Program-made: the position numbers and the translations under genes
In this document: piece after piece, positions 1-9,978 of the stretch
How positions within the stretch are numbered: the first letter of the stretch is position 1
Layout: every line of letters starts with the position of its first letter
NCBI GenBank assembly: GCA_041741315.1
Contig: JBGSKI010000105.1
Coordinates: forward strand, 1-58,155
Reading direction: 5' to 3'
Source: Hyphomonas sp.
GTDB lineage: Bacteria > Pseudomonadota > Alphaproteobacteria > Caulobacterales > Hyphomonadaceae
DNA length: 58,155 nucleotides
Notes under the pieces: generated by a model
The model's input: only the letters and a program-made list of their open reading frames with translations
Databases searched by the model: none
Told to the model about the DNA's origin: nothing

Positions 1-898
1 GCCACTGGCGCGCGCCCGGCTGACCGTTGAACAGGCCGAGCATGTGCCGTGTCATCGCGTGCAGGCCAGTTCCCGAGGCGAGTCGAGCGCCGATATAGGG
101 CCGGTAGGCCTCGATTGCCTCAAGCGGCGAGATCTTGCCGGGCGCGCCGAACAGCGCCGCATCGACCTCGCCCAGCAGGGCAGGCGACTGGTAGGCAACG
201 CGGCCGAGCATGACGCCGTCGAACGTTTCGAGATGGCCCGCACAGGCCTCGATGGTCTGGATGCCGCCATTCAGGATGATCGTCAGATCCGGCCGGGCAG
301 CCTTCAGTTTCGCGACAAGGGCATAATCGAGCGGCGGTACTTCCCGGTTCTCTTTCGGCGACAGGCCTTTCAGCCAGGCCTTGCGCGCGTGGACGGTAAA
401 CAGGGTGCAGCCGGTCGCCGCGACGCGCTCGACGAAGGTGAACAGTGTCTCTTCTGCCGGCAGGTCGTCGATAGCGATGCGGCACTTGACGCTGACCGGT
501 ATGGCGACGGCGGCGCGCATGGCGGCGATACAGTCTGCCACGAGGTCCGGCTCGGCCATCAGGCAGGCACCGAACGCGCCGGACTGCACGCGCTCGGACG
601 GGCAGCCGCAATTGAGGTTCACTTCGTCATAGCCGAAATCCTCGGCGATACGCGCGGCCGAGGCCAGCTTTACGGGGTCACTGCCACCTAGTTGCAACAC
701 GACGGGGTGCTCGACCTGATCGTAGCCGAGCAGGCGCTGGCGGTCGCCGTTCATTACGGCATCGGCGGTCACCATCTCGGTCCACAGCAGCGCACGCGAC
801 GACAGGCAGCGATGGAACGCCCGGCAATGCCGGTCGGTCCAGTCCATCATTGGGGCGACGGAAAACCGCCGGGCGTCCGGTGTACTGCCAATGCTCAT
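1..898 (-). CDS. dusA: tRNA-dihydrouridine synthase DusA (3' end outside window)
   Basis: Manual minus-strand translation from ATG at 898: MSIGSTPDARRFSVAPMMDWTDRHCRAFHR...LWTEMVTADAV...EHPVVLQLGGSDP, the DusA N-terminal signature. Absent from the ORF track because it runs off the window. Confidence 0.93.
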   Translation of the reverse strand, partial: MSIGSTPDARRFSVAPMMDWTDRHCRAFHRCLSSRALLWTEMVTADAVMNGDRQRLLGYDQVEHPVVLQLGGSDPVKLASAARIAEDFGYDEVNLNCGCPSERVQSGAFGACLMAEPDLVADCIAAMRAAVAIPVSVKCRIAIDDLPAEETLFTFVERVAATGCTLFTVHARKAWLKGLSPKENREVPPLDYALVAKLKAARPDLTIILNGGIQTIEACAGHLETFDGVMLGRVAYQSPALLGEVDAALFGAPGKISPLEAIEAYRPYIGARLASGTGLHAMTRHMLGLFNGQPGARQW

Positions 899-1039
899 GT
901 TTGGTCCGACCGGGTTTTTATGGTGCGGGTGTAACAATGGCGGATGACGCTGCAAAGTGCCACACATGCAAAACCATTGCAGAACGCACGCAAATCCGGT
1001 TCTTGGGCATACCGGGCGGGACAAGGACGGACCCTACAT

Positions 1040-1597
1040 ATGGACTCGATCCAGGACGCCATGACGACCTATCCCTGGGTCTTCTATCTCGGAATATTTC
1101 TGGCGCCCTTCGTGCAGGAGGATGCGGCCGTGATCGGGGCGGCGACAGCCTCGACGACAGGCATGGGGTCGACCCCGCTCCTGTTCGGAGCCGCGCTGGC
1201 AGGTCTGGTTCTAAGCGATGGCTGGAAATACTGGGCCGGGCGCGCCGCCCTCTCCCATCCATGGGCAAGGCGGTTTGCCGAGAAGCCGGGCGTCCAGGCG
1301 GCGCGGAACCGCGTGGTCAACGCGCTCGTGATGTCCTTGTTTACGGTACGGTTCGTGCCCGGAACGCGTATTCCGTTCTATCTCGCCTGCGGCCTGTTCC
1401 GCGCACCGTTTCCGGCTTTCATCCTCGCCGTGATTGCCTCTGGCCTGCTGTATCTCGGTGCCGCCTTCGCGCTGCTTCACCTGCTGGGCAACGCCGCAGG
1501 CGAGTCTGCCCGTGTGTATCTCGCAATTGCCGTCGGAGGCACGCTCGGCACGATTCTGCTCGTGCGCTTCCTGCGCCAGAGGCAGGCGGGATCCTGA
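1040..1597 (+). CDS. DedA/VTT (SNARE-associated) family membrane protein
   Basis: Hydrophobic protein with PFVQEDAAVIGA and RFVPGTRIPFYLACG motifs typical of DedA/VTT. Likely start is ATG 1040 within ORF 944..1597. Confidence 0.8.
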   Translation: MDSIQDAMTTYPWVFYLGIFLAPFVQEDAAVIGAATASTTGMGSTPLLFGAALAGLVLSDGWKYWAGRAALSHPWARRFAEKPGVQAARNRVVNALVMSLFTVRFVPGTRIPFYLACGLFRAPFPAFILAVIASGLLYLGAAFALLHLLGNAAGESARVYLAIAVGGTLGTILLVRFLRQRQAGS

Positions 1598-1673
1598 AGC
1601 CCTGGCGGCAAAGTGACCGGCCTGGGCACAGGCTTCACCGCCGCGTTTACCACACACTGCGCAAACCGAATCT

Positions 1674-2003
1674 CTAGGCTTTCGCATCCTTCAGGCGGTT
1701 CTCGGAATCGAAGGCGCGCTTGAGCTTGTCGCGCGCCGCTTCGAGCTCGGCTTGCCGCTCTGCGAGCGACGCCTGTTGCTGGCGGATGTCGCCGATCAGT
1801 TTGCGGTCATGACCGTGGCGCAGCGAAAGGAGGTGAGCGTCTGTATCCACCGGCAGACGGTCCATGGCCTTGAGATTGTCCTTCAGCCGATCCCCTTCCG
1901 CAGCAACGCCGGAGCGCGCCTGTTGGGCGGTCAGAAAATCCTGTTCGGCCTTCTGGCGCTTCAGCGCGACCAGTTTCTGGAGGGTCTTGTCGGGCTTTCC
2001 CAT
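1674..2003 (-). CDS. Small coiled-coil flagellar protein, possibly FliJ-like
   Basis: 109-aa helical protein (MGKPDKTLQKLVALKRQKAEQ...) starting 8 nt after the flhB stop. No other fliJ is visible in the cluster. Confidence 0.5.
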   Translation of the reverse strand: MGKPDKTLQKLVALKRQKAEQDFLTAQQARSGVAAEGDRLKDNLKAMDRLPVDTDAHLLSLRHGHDRKLIGDIRQQQASLAERQAELEAARDKLKRAFDSENRLKDAKA

Positions 2004-2010
2004 GCGATTG

Positions 2011-3084
2011 CTACATGTGCTTGCGCACGCGCTCCACGAAGTTGATGGCAGCGGCGACCGCAGCGAAGTGTTCTGGCCGGATTTCCTCATCGACCTCAAC
2101 AAGCCGGTACATCGACCGGGTCGCGGGCGGATCGCGAACGATGGGAACGTTGTTTTCGATCGCGATCTCGCGAATCTTTGCGGCCAGATGATCCACGCCC
2201 TTCGCGACGCAGACCGGCGCCTTCTTGTCGTCCGGGTTCCACAACAGCGCGACGGCATAGTGTTCCGGGTTGACCATGACGACCGTCGCCGTCTTGACGT
2301 TCTGGAGCATCTCGCCATTGGCAATCCGGCGGCCGGCCTGGCGGCGCGATTGTTTGAGCTGCGGGTCGCCTTCGCTCTGTTTCACTTCCCTTTTCACTTC
2401 CTCGCGGGTCATCTTCAGTTGGTTGGCATGCAGCCGGCGCTGGATCGGCAGGTCAAGAACGGTCAAGCCAAGCTGGAAGACGAAGAACCAAAGGATAAGT
2501 TTCAGAGCCTGCCCGAAGGTGAAACCGGCAAAATGGCTGAGTTCCATGGCCGTGCTGGAATAATAATCGCGGGCGAGCTGGACCATGAATGTGAGGGCGA
2601 TGGCCGAAGCAAATGCAAGCTTGATCGTGTCCTTGAGGAATTCGATCAGTCCGCGCGCGCCGTATTTTTTCTTGAGGTTCTCGATGGGCGAGATTTTCTT
2701 CATGTCGACCGCGATCTTCTTCGTTGAGAACGTGATTGCCTGCTGGACAAACAGCGCAAGGAAGACGACAGCCGCGAGCACGGCAAAGACAATGGCGAGC
2801 TTGACAACCAGGCCCGAAATCAACCCCCGGATCGCCAAGCCCGACGAGTCGAAGATGTCCTCCGAATAGGTATCGGCATGATAGAGGATTGCGGAGAAAT
2901 CGCCGAATATCTGTGCACCGATGAAGGTCTGGATCATCAGACCGCCGCTCAGGATACCGAAGATCAACGCAAGCGCGTTCAGCTCCTTCGACTGAGGAAT
3001 ATTGCCTTCTTCGCGCGCGTGTCGGCGTTTTTCGTCGGAGGCTTCAAACTCCTTCTCGCCACTATCCCCTTCCTGCTCGGCCAT
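2011..3084 (-). CDS. flhB: Flagellar export switch protein FlhB
   Basis: N-terminal GEKEFEAS..KRR.AREEGNIPQSKEL, four TM segments, KMTREEVKREVKQSEGDP, NPEHYAVAL autocleavage motif, AKG.D..A.KIREIA. Confidence 0.97.
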   Translation of the reverse strand: MAEQEGDSGEKEFEASDEKRRHAREEGNIPQSKELNALALIFGILSGGLMIQTFIGAQIFGDFSAILYHADTYSEDIFDSSGLAIRGLISGLVVKLAIVFAVLAAVVFLALFVQQAITFSTKKIAVDMKKISPIENLKKKYGARGLIEFLKDTIKLAFASAIALTFMVQLARDYYSSTAMELSHFAGFTFGQALKLILWFFVFQLGLTVLDLPIQRRLHANQLKMTREEVKREVKQSEGDPQLKQSRRQAGRRIANGEMLQNVKTATVVMVNPEHYAVALLWNPDDKKAPVCVAKGVDHLAAKIREIAIENNVPIVRDPPATRSMYRLVEVDEEIRPEHFAAVAAAINFVERVRKHM

Positions 3085-3092
3085 GTCCTACC

Positions 3093-3848
3093 TCACATCC
3101 ACGGAACCACGTCAGCGACGCGGTCCTTCCAGACGATCAGCAGGCCGGAAATCGACAGGGCCAGAAGGATGATGCCGGAGCCGATCAACAGCGGCGCACC
3201 GACGAAGGCCACCATCAGCTGGGGCAGCGCCTTGTTGATGAAGCCGAGACAGATATTGTAGAGCAGGTTGATCGCCACGAAGGGCCAGGCCAGCAGGATG
3301 GCGAAGCCCATGGACTTCATGAAGCCTTCGACCAGCATGTCCTGGTTCAAGGCCGACAGGGCACCGACCGGCACGTCGGCATAGAGCCGGAGCAAGGATG
3401 CGACCGCGTTGATGTGAAAGTCCGCCGCCAGAAGGATCGCCGCGCCCGCCATGGACAGGAGGTTCGCGGTCATTGTCTGGGCTTCGTGCTCGAGCGCTAC
3501 GCCGAGAAGTTGCGACAGGCCGATGGTCTGGGATATGATCGTTCCGGCAATGCTCAGCATCCAGACGGACAGTCGCAGGACGGCGCCGAGGCAGAAGCCG
3601 ATGGCAACCTCACCAGCAACCACGCCGAGAAAGCCGGAGAAGGGTTCGATCGGTGGCGGCGCGATCAGGCCGCTCATCGCCAGGGCGCCGGACAGAGACA
3701 AGAGCACGAGCAACCGGACCTGCGTGGGGATGACCTGTTCGCCGATACCCGGCATCAGGAAAACTACGAAGGACAGCCGCGCCACCACGACCATCAGCAA
3801 GGCGATCCATGTCGCCAGTGGCCCTGACAATTCTGTCAGCGCCTCCAT
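3093..3848 (-). CDS. fliR: Flagellar export gate protein FliR
   Basis: ~250-aa polytopic membrane protein with ARL...F.MPGIGE..IP..VR and LGFINKALPQLMV.FVGAP. TGATG overlap with flhA. Confidence 0.95.
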   Translation of the reverse strand: MEALTELSGPLATWIALLMVVVARLSFVVFLMPGIGEQVIPTQVRLLVLLSLSGALAMSGLIAPPPIEPFSGFLGVVAGEVAIGFCLGAVLRLSVWMLSIAGTIISQTIGLSQLLGVALEHEAQTMTANLLSMAGAAILLAADFHINAVASLLRLYADVPVGALSALNQDMLVEGFMKSMGFAILLAWPFVAINLLYNICLGFINKALPQLMVAFVGAPLLIGSGIILLALSISGLLIVWKDRVADVVPWM

Positions 3849-5917
3849 CACACCACGCCGACAATGTACGGCTTGGTCTTGGCGTTGATTTCCTCATAGG
3901 CGAGCACGGCGTTGCGGATGCCCTTGCTGGCCAGCACGGTCTGCAGGAACCGGCGGCGGCGCGACGTCGTTGCGATCGACGCGACAATGCCTTTCTTGGC
4001 GGCGTCGTTCAGCTTTGATTGGACGGAATTTGTCAGCTCACCGAACATTTCCGGTGGGAGGGCGATATCGCTGTTGCCATTCTCGCCATTAACTTCGTAC
4101 TGCGTGAATTTCTGTTCCCAGGCCGTGGACAGCTGGACCAGCGGCAGGCGGCCCTGGTCATCCTGAAGGCGGTCGACGATCTGGAACGACAGGCGCTGGC
4201 GGACGAGTTCGACCAGGCGCTGCAAATTCGGCGCACTCGATTTGACTTCGGCAATCGTCTCGATGATCAGGAACAGGTTGCGGATCGAGACACGCTCTTC
4301 CAGCAACATACGGACGACCGAGAGAAGTTGCTCGGTCGTGACTTTCGCCGGGATGTATTCGTCGAGAAAGCGGCGGTTTGCCGTCGCCCGGTCACGGTCA
4401 CTGACCGATGACAGTGCGTCGAGGGTTTCGACCATGACCATCCGGGTAAAGACGAGCGAGAAATTCGTCTGGATGATTTCAAGCATATGCGTCGCCAGAA
4501 CTTCGATCGGCTCGATGGCCGGGATGCCGCTGGCAGCGAGTTCAGGCTTCTTGCTGTTGGGCAGCCAACGTGCGGCGGCCTTGTAGACCGGTTCCTTGAC
4601 TTTCTCGCCAATCAGGTGGGGCAACTGATCGTCTTCGACCAGCGCGAGGACGGCTCCCGGCCGCAACAGGCCGGAATCGACACGGACGCCCTGGATCTTG
4701 ACCCTGTACTCGTTCTTTTTCAGCGTCGGATTGTCCGTCATCCGGATCGGTGGCAGGACGAAACCATACTCCTCGGCAATATACCGCCGGATCTTGTGGA
4801 TACGGGATTCAAAGCCGCTCTCGCCAACAAGCACGAGATTCACGAGGTCCGGCGCGACTTCCAGATGGATTTCGTCGGCGTGGATCGAGTCGCCGAATTT
4901 CACAGGGGCGGCCACTGTCTCCACTGGTGTGTCGGCCTTGCTGCGCTCGGCCTCACGATTGCGCTTGCGGACGAAGTAGGACGCTGTGCCAAAGCCTGCA
5001 GCGGCAATCATGAACGGGATGAAGGGCAGGCCCGGGAAGAAGGCGAACACGGCGAGGATTCCAGCGACGATCATCAGGACCGAAGCATTGTTTCCGAGCT
5101 GGGCGACCAGGGCGAGGTCGATCGACCCCTCTTCGCGGCCCTTCGAGAGGAGCAGTGCGGCAGCAACCGAGACAATGACGGACGGAATCTGCGAAACTAG
5201 GCCGTCACCGACGGTCAGGATCGAGTAGTTGCTGAGGGCCTCAGAGAATGTCAGGTGATGTACACCGAGGCCAATGCCGATTCCGGCGATCAGGTTGAGC
5301 GCGGTGATCATCAGGCCGGCAATCGCGTCGCCCTTGACGAATTTTGACGCACCATCGAGCGAGCCGAGGAAGCCGGCCTCTTCCTGTTCCTTCTGGCGGC
5401 GGGCCTTGGCCTCTTCATGCGTGATCGCGCCAACGGCAAGGTCGGAGTCAATCGCAAGCTGCTTGCCCGGCATCGCGTCGAGGGCAAAGCGCGCACCGAC
5501 TTCCGCCATCCGGCCCGCGCCCTTGGTGATGACCATGAAGTTCACAATCACGAGGACACCAAACACGACCAAGCCGACAAACAGGTTGCCGCCCATGATG
5601 AACATGGCGAAACCCTCGATCACCTTGCCGGCTGCGGCGGTGCCGGTGTGACCTTCCCCGATGATCAGCTTGGTCGACGAGACGTTGAGCGCCAGCCGGA
5701 GGATCAGCGAGGCCAGGAGGACGCTCGGGAAGGACGAGAAATCGAGCGGGCGCTCAATGAACACTGCTGTGGCGAAGATCAGGATGGCGAAAGCAAACGA
5801 GATCGTCAAACCGACGTCCATGACCCAGGCTGGAATCGGCAGGATCATCACGAGGATGATCAGCATAAGGCCGATTGCCAGCAAGGCGGTCGGCTTGGAC
5901 AGGCCAAAGAGATTCAT
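3848..5917 (-). CDS. flhA: Flagellar export protein FlhA
   Basis: PLDFSSFPSVLL, ITKGAGRMAEVGARFALDAMPGKQLAIDSDL and GSLDGASKFVKGDAIAG (FHIPEP family signatures). Start ATG 5917 or GTG 5926. Confidence 0.98.
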   Translation of the reverse strand: MNLFGLSKPTALLAIGLMLIILVMILPIPAWVMDVGLTISFAFAILIFATAVFIERPLDFSSFPSVLLASLILRLALNVSSTKLIIGEGHTGTAAAGKVIEGFAMFIMGGNLFVGLVVFGVLVIVNFMVITKGAGRMAEVGARFALDAMPGKQLAIDSDLAVGAITHEEAKARRQKEQEEAGFLGSLDGASKFVKGDAIAGLMITALNLIAGIGIGLGVHHLTFSEALSNYSILTVGDGLVSQIPSVIVSVAAALLLSKGREEGSIDLALVAQLGNNASVLMIVAGILAVFAFFPGLPFIPFMIAAAGFGTASYFVRKRNREAERSKADTPVETVAAPVKFGDSIHADEIHLEVAPDLVNLVLVGESGFESRIHKIRRYIAEEYGFVLPPIRMTDNPTLKKNEYRVKIQGVRVDSGLLRPGAVLALVEDDQLPHLIGEKVKEPVYKAAARWLPNSKKPELAASGIPAIEPIEVLATHMLEIIQTNFSLVFTRMVMVETLDALSSVSDRDRATANRRFLDEYIPAKVTTEQLLSVVRMLLEERVSIRNLFLIIETIAEVKSSAPNLQRLVELVRQRLSFQIVDRLQDDQGRLPLVQLSTAWEQKFTQYEVNGENGNSDIALPPEMFGELTNSVQSKLNDAAKKGIVASIATTSRRRRFLQTVLASKGIRNAVLAYEEINAKTKPYIVGVV

Positions 5918-5935
5918 GGATTGCACTGGAAATAC

Positions 5936-6199
5936 CTATCGGGAGACGAATGGCAGGACGGAATTGTTGAACAGGTCGAGGCAAATCCGGGTCATGTAGC
6001 CAAGCGTCATGAAGAACACGACGATGACGGCCAGAACCTTGGGAATGAAGGTCAGCGTCGCTTCCTGGATCGAAGTCAGCGCCTGCAGGAGACCAACCGC
6101 GAAGCCGATGATCAGCGTGACGGCAAGGATGGGCATGGCCATCATCGCGGCGGCCCAGATATGGGCCCTCAGCACTTCGAAGATGTCCGCTTCTGTCAT
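5936..6199 (-). CDS. fliQ: Flagellar export protein FliQ
   Basis: 87 aa with GLLQALTSIQEATLTFIPK. Confidence 0.97.
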   Translation of the reverse strand: MTEADIFEVLRAHIWAAAMMAMPILAVTLIIGFAVGLLQALTSIQEATLTFIPKVLAVIVVFFMTLGYMTRICLDLFNNSVLPFVSR

Positions 6200-6213
6200 C
6201 GATTGCGCCGGCC

Positions 6214-6510
6214 CTAAACGGGCATCCTCAGCAATTCCTGATAGGCCTCGACGACCTTGTCACGGATCGTGACGGCAGCGTCGAGCATCATCTCGGCATT
6301 GGCGAGGGCGGCGACCATGGCATGTGGATCGGCACCGGTGACAGTGGTCTGCATGGCAGTCTGTTCAGCCTGCTGCATGGCCGCCCGGAAGTCCGTAATC
6401 CCTTCGGCCAGAACGTTCTTGTCGCCATCCGCCTTGCCGGCCGTCTTGGCCGCATCGGTCGGCCGCGTCGTGTTCAACGCGGTGTAGGCACTGAAATGCA
6501 CGTTCGACAT
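6214..6510 (-). CDS. fliE: Hook-basal body protein FliE
   Basis: C-terminal IRDKVVEAYQELLRMPV. Confidence 0.97.
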   Translation of the reverse strand: MSNVHFSAYTALNTTRPTDAAKTAGKADGDKNVLAEGITDFRAAMQQAEQTAMQTTVTGADPHAMVAALANAEMMLDAAVTIRDKVVEAYQELLRMPV

Positions 6511-6527
6511 GTCTCTTCAGTACCTCC

Positions 6528-6911
6528 CTAGCGGCGCAGGATATCGAGCAGGGACCGGTACATCGACCGGGCCTGCTGGAATGAGTTGAGATTGGCTTCG
6601 TAGGACCGGTTGGCTTCGCGCAGGTCCGACATTTCCATGACCAGCGAGACGTTGGACAAGGTGACATATCCCTCGCTGTCGGCCATCGGGTGGGACGGGT
6701 CGTAGTTGCGCTGGCCGGGCGTCTGATCGAGCGAGACCTTGGTGGCGGCAAAGGCGTCGCCGGTGGTCATGCCCGGCTGCACGGTCAGCATCTTTCGCTG
6801 GTAGCCGGGCGTGTCGGCATTCGACACGTTTTCTGCGGAGACGGTGATGCGGCGCGATTCGACCTGCATGCCGAGCATTGCTTGCTGCATCGTGTCCTTG
6901 AGCGAGTTCAT
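6528..6911 (-). CDS. flgC: Basal-body rod protein FlgC
   Basis: AENVSNADTPGYQRK, YDPSHPMADSEGYV, EM.DLREANRSYEANL. Confidence 0.97.
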   Translation of the reverse strand: MNSLKDTMQQAMLGMQVESRRITVSAENVSNADTPGYQRKMLTVQPGMTTGDAFAATKVSLDQTPGQRNYDPSHPMADSEGYVTLSNVSLVMEMSDLREANRSYEANLNSFQQARSMYRSLLDILRR

Positions 6912-6923
6912 GGCCTACTCCCC

Positions 6924-7283
6924 CTACCTCTTGCTGCTGACGGCGGTACGCAACAGTTGAAGCGACTTTTCGTAGACCGAAAGGGCGAGCGAGTGCTGGC
7001 CCATCGCGTCGGCCGATGTGAACATTTCCTGTTCCAGGTCCACCGTGTTGCCGTTCGGGGACGCCGGTGTGCCTGACTCGAGGACCCGGAAGGAAGCGGC
7101 CATTCCGGATGCGGGCGCGGCACCGCCGTTTCGCTTGATGTATTCCTCGAAGGATTCCAGCTTGGCGCCCTTGTAGCCCGGTTCATCGGCATGCGCGATA
7201 TTGGTCGCGCTCACCTTCTGGCTTTCTGCGGCGTAGCGGGCCATGGCACCGACGATCTGAAACAGGGGGAGTTCCGAAATCAT
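6924..7283 (-). CDS. flgB: Basal-body rod protein FlgB
   Basis: ATNIAHADEPGYK and PNGNTVDLEQEM, directly upstream of flgC. Confidence 0.93.
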   Translation of the reverse strand: MISELPLFQIVGAMARYAAESQKVSATNIAHADEPGYKGAKLESFEEYIKRNGGAAPASGMAASFRVLESGTPASPNGNTVDLEQEMFTSADAMGQHSLALSVYEKSLQLLRTAVSSKR

Positions 7284-7331
7284 GATCGATTCACTTTGGT
7301 TAACTGGTTCACAAGATTTGTTCACTTAAGC

Positions 7332-7346
7332 TGAAGAAAGAGTTAA
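7332..7346. promoter_or_regulatory. Putative CtrA box (TGAA-N7-TTAA) in the flgB/fliI divergent region
   Basis: 7/8 match to TTAA-N7-TTAA in an AT-rich island that has extra TTAA half-sites. Confidence 0.5.
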
Positions 7347-7367
7347 TTGGCTGTGAAGGCGGGCATC

Positions 7368-8684
7368 ATGCCGGTGAATGCAATTTCCCCCCCCCAGAAG
7401 CTGTTCAGGCTATGGGGGACCGTGACGGACGTTGCGGCAGGCATGGTCCGGATTGCCGGGATCAGCGAACTGGCCGGGGTCGGAAACGAGATCATAATCG
7501 AAAAGCCGGGCGTAACAGTCTTGGGCGAAATCCTCAGCGTATCGGGTGGTAGCGTAACGGCCCTGCTATTCTCGCCGTGCGACTCCATCCGGATCGGGGA
7601 CGCAGTACAGATCGAACAGGAGGCGCGGATTGAACCGGGCGATCACTGGCTCGGCCAGATCGTCAACTATCGCGGCGATGTGATGGGGGAAGGCGCGCCG
7701 CCACCAGCGGCAGGTTCGGCACCCCGGCGCTTGCTGGCCCCTGCCCTGCCCGCTCATGCCCGGCGCGGTATCGGGCCCAGACTGCCCTCCGGCTGCATGG
7801 TGACAGATACGATGCTGCCGATCTGCCAGGGCCAGCGGATCGGCCTGTTTGCAGGCTCCGGTGTCGGAAAGTCGACATTCCTCGGTGCCCTGGCGGGAGG
7901 CCTTCAGGCTGATCGTGTGGTGATTGCACTGGTTGGCGAGCGTAGCCGGGAGGTTAACGAATTCGTCCGCAACGTCCTGCCGAGGCATGTTGTCTCGAAG
8001 ACAGTCGTAGTCGCTGCGACCGCCAGCGAACCGCCTGGCGCCAAGAAGCGCGCCGCCTATTGCGCCATGGCGGCTGCGGAGCATTTCCGGGACCAGGGGC
8101 ACAATGTGCTATTCCTGTTCGACTCGATTACCCGATTTGCCGAAGCGCACCGGGAGACCGCCCTGCTGGCAGGCGAGACGCCAGCCCTCAACGCCTTCCC
8201 GCCGTCAACCGTGCGTGTTATCGCTGAACTCGCAGAACGGGCCGGACCGGGCGTCGAAGGCAAGGGTGACATTACCGCGATCTATTCCGTCCTGGTCGCG
8301 GGATCCGACATGGAAGAGCCGGTTGCAGACATGGTACGCGGAATTCTCGACGGCCACGTCATCCTGTCACGGCAGATTGCCGAGCGCGGCCGGTATCCGG
8401 CCATTGACATCCTGCGCAGCGTGTCTCGCAGCCTGCCGCACGCCGCCACGGATGATGAAAATGTGTTAATCCGGGAAGGCCGGCGCGTATTCGCCCTCTA
8501 CGAAGAGATTGCGCCGATGCTGCGCGCTAATCTCTATGAGTTCGGAAAAGACGCGGCCGCCGACCGGGCGATTGCGCTGTTTCCATTGCTTGACCGTTTC
8601 GCCGGGACGAGCAATCCGGAGGGCATCGCGGAGGCGTTCGTGGAATTGGGGCGCATCCTGCACAAGGAGCCGGTTCCGGCCTGA
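7368..8684 (+). CDS. fliI: Flagellar export ATPase FliI
   Basis: GQRIGLFAGSGVGKS Walker A, LVGERSREV, DSITRFAEAHRE, EEPVADMVRGILDGH, GRYPAID. Confidence 0.97.
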   Translation: MPVNAISPPQKLFRLWGTVTDVAAGMVRIAGISELAGVGNEIIIEKPGVTVLGEILSVSGGSVTALLFSPCDSIRIGDAVQIEQEARIEPGDHWLGQIVNYRGDVMGEGAPPPAAGSAPRRLLAPALPAHARRGIGPRLPSGCMVTDTMLPICQGQRIGLFAGSGVGKSTFLGALAGGLQADRVVIALVGERSREVNEFVRNVLPRHVVSKTVVVAATASEPPGAKKRAAYCAMAAAEHFRDQGHNVLFLFDSITRFAEAHRETALLAGETPALNAFPPSTVRVIAELAERAGPGVEGKGDITAIYSVLVAGSDMEEPVADMVRGILDGHVILSRQIAERGRYPAIDILRSVSRSLPHAATDDENVLIREGRRVFALYEEIAPMLRANLYEFGKDAAADRAIALFPLLDRFAGTSNPEGIAEAFVELGRILHKEPVPA

Positions 8685-8709
8685 TCGGCCAGGCCGCGCG
8701 GGCCGATTC

Positions 8710-9540
8710 CTAGAGGAGGCTCTGGAACAAGTTGCGGCTGCCCTGGCTACCAAGCGAACTGTTGCTGAGCAATGTGAGCGCTGTCGCGGCAGGACTGGTG
8801 ACGGATGCATTCTCCGCAATCGATACCATCGCATGGTAGCGCGTGATCATCTTGTCGATCTTGTCCGACGATGACAGCTCGGACATTTTCTGGATTCCGA
8901 GGGCACTCTGAAGTTTCTGCTTCAGGATGTTCGCCTGCTGCTCAATTTCCAGATTGGTCATTTCCGACGGCAGATTGAGCGCCTGCTGGACAACGGTGAA
9001 CACAGGGGTGTCGCCGAGAATTTTGTACAGAATCGCCTCATCGCTGGACGTGGATTTCGCGAGCTTCCCGATCTCCGTCTTGTAGTTCAGACTGAGGCGC
9101 ATGTTCTCATCGACATCGCCGACCGCGGTTTCGAAGGACTCGGCGTTGAACTGTTCGGCGATCTCGGTGATCGTGTCGGCCGACACACTGATGACTCCAT
9201 CAACCGGGGACAGCGCCTCAGCAAAAGCCGTATACTTGGCGTTATTGAGACGCTTGAGGAACGTACTTTCCGGGTCCTGCACTTCTTTCAGAACCTTGTT
9301 GACGAAGCCCTTCTTCCACTCTTCCCCACCGAGGCCAAAAGCCGTCATGGTGACACGCAAGAGGCGGCTGTCCTTGACGAATTCCTCGGTCGTGATCGGC
9401 TTTGACAGTTTGGCTGCCATGTATTCCCGGTCATTGCGGACCTGGGCGGAGTCCGAACTCGCCTTGAGCTGGCGGTCATAGGTGGACTGAAGGAATTTCC
9501 AGCCACTGTTTCCTGTCAGGGGGATGACCGGCTGGAACAT
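8710..9540 (-). CDS. DUF1217-type flagellar cluster protein
   Basis: MFQPVIPLTG.SGWKFL.ST...Q N-terminus and RLLRV.MTAFGL, located next to flbT as in other alphaproteobacterial flagellar clusters. Confidence 0.85.
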   Translation of the reverse strand: MFQPVIPLTGNSGWKFLQSTYDRQLKASSDSAQVRNDREYMAAKLSKPITTEEFVKDSRLLRVTMTAFGLGGEEWKKGFVNKVLKEVQDPESTFLKRLNNAKYTAFAEALSPVDGVISVSADTITEIAEQFNAESFETAVGDVDENMRLSLNYKTEIGKLAKSTSSDEAILYKILGDTPVFTVVQQALNLPSEMTNLEIEQQANILKQKLQSALGIQKMSELSSSDKIDKMITRYHAMVSIAENASVTSPAATALTLLSNSSLGSQGSRNLFQSLL

Positions 9541-9543
9541 GGT

Positions 9544-9978
9544 TCAGGCGACCATTGCTCCGGAAGACGGAGTGGCAGCTGAGCCGATACGGGCCAGAAG
9601 CTTTGCCTCGATCTCAAGCACCTGCCGTAAATGGCAGAGCGCCGAGTAATAATTGCCCCGGCTGACCATGTTACGCAGCGACGGGATCATGTCCGGGTCG
9701 AATGCCTTGAAGATGTCGAGCAATTTGGCGCATTCGACATCGATTGCCGGCACCGTATCCACATCTTTCAGGTCGCCGGTGATCAACAACTGTATCGCAT
9801 AGTAGATCCGCTTGACCGGCGTGTTTACTTCTTCCGGGCGCAGGGCGTCACGGACCCGAAGCACACGCGCGTCGCCATCGACAATCCGGATTCGCGCCGG
9901 TTTGTCACCATTCTCGAGAACTGCGCCGTTCACGATGAAGCGTTCACCGGCGGCAACTTTCAACACAAGACCCGACAT
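9544..9978 (-). CDS. flbT: Flagellin translation regulator FlbT
   Basis: MSGLVLKVAAGERFIVNGAVLENGD, LRVRDALRPEEVNTPVKRIYYAIQL. Confidence 0.95.
   Translation of the reverse strand: MSGLVLKVAAGERFIVNGAVLENGDKPARIRIVDGDARVLRVRDALRPEEVNTPVKRIYYAIQLLITGDLKDVDTVPAIDVECAKLLDIFKAFDPDMIPSLRNMVSRGNYYSALCHLRQVLEIEAKLLARIGSAATPSSGAMVA

Noticed and set aside
44-934. Plus-strand ORFs 44..691 and 692..934
   Set aside because: Antisense shadows of the minus-strand dusA frame.
840-1040. dusA 5' end as a genomic-island integration site
   Set aside because: The dusA start is intact, and no integrase or duplicated att-like sequence is visible in the window.
8684-8710. ATCGGCC...GGCCGAT inverted repeat between convergent fliI and DUF1217
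   Set aside because: Short stem, large loop and no U-tract. Too weak to call a terminator in GC-rich DNA.
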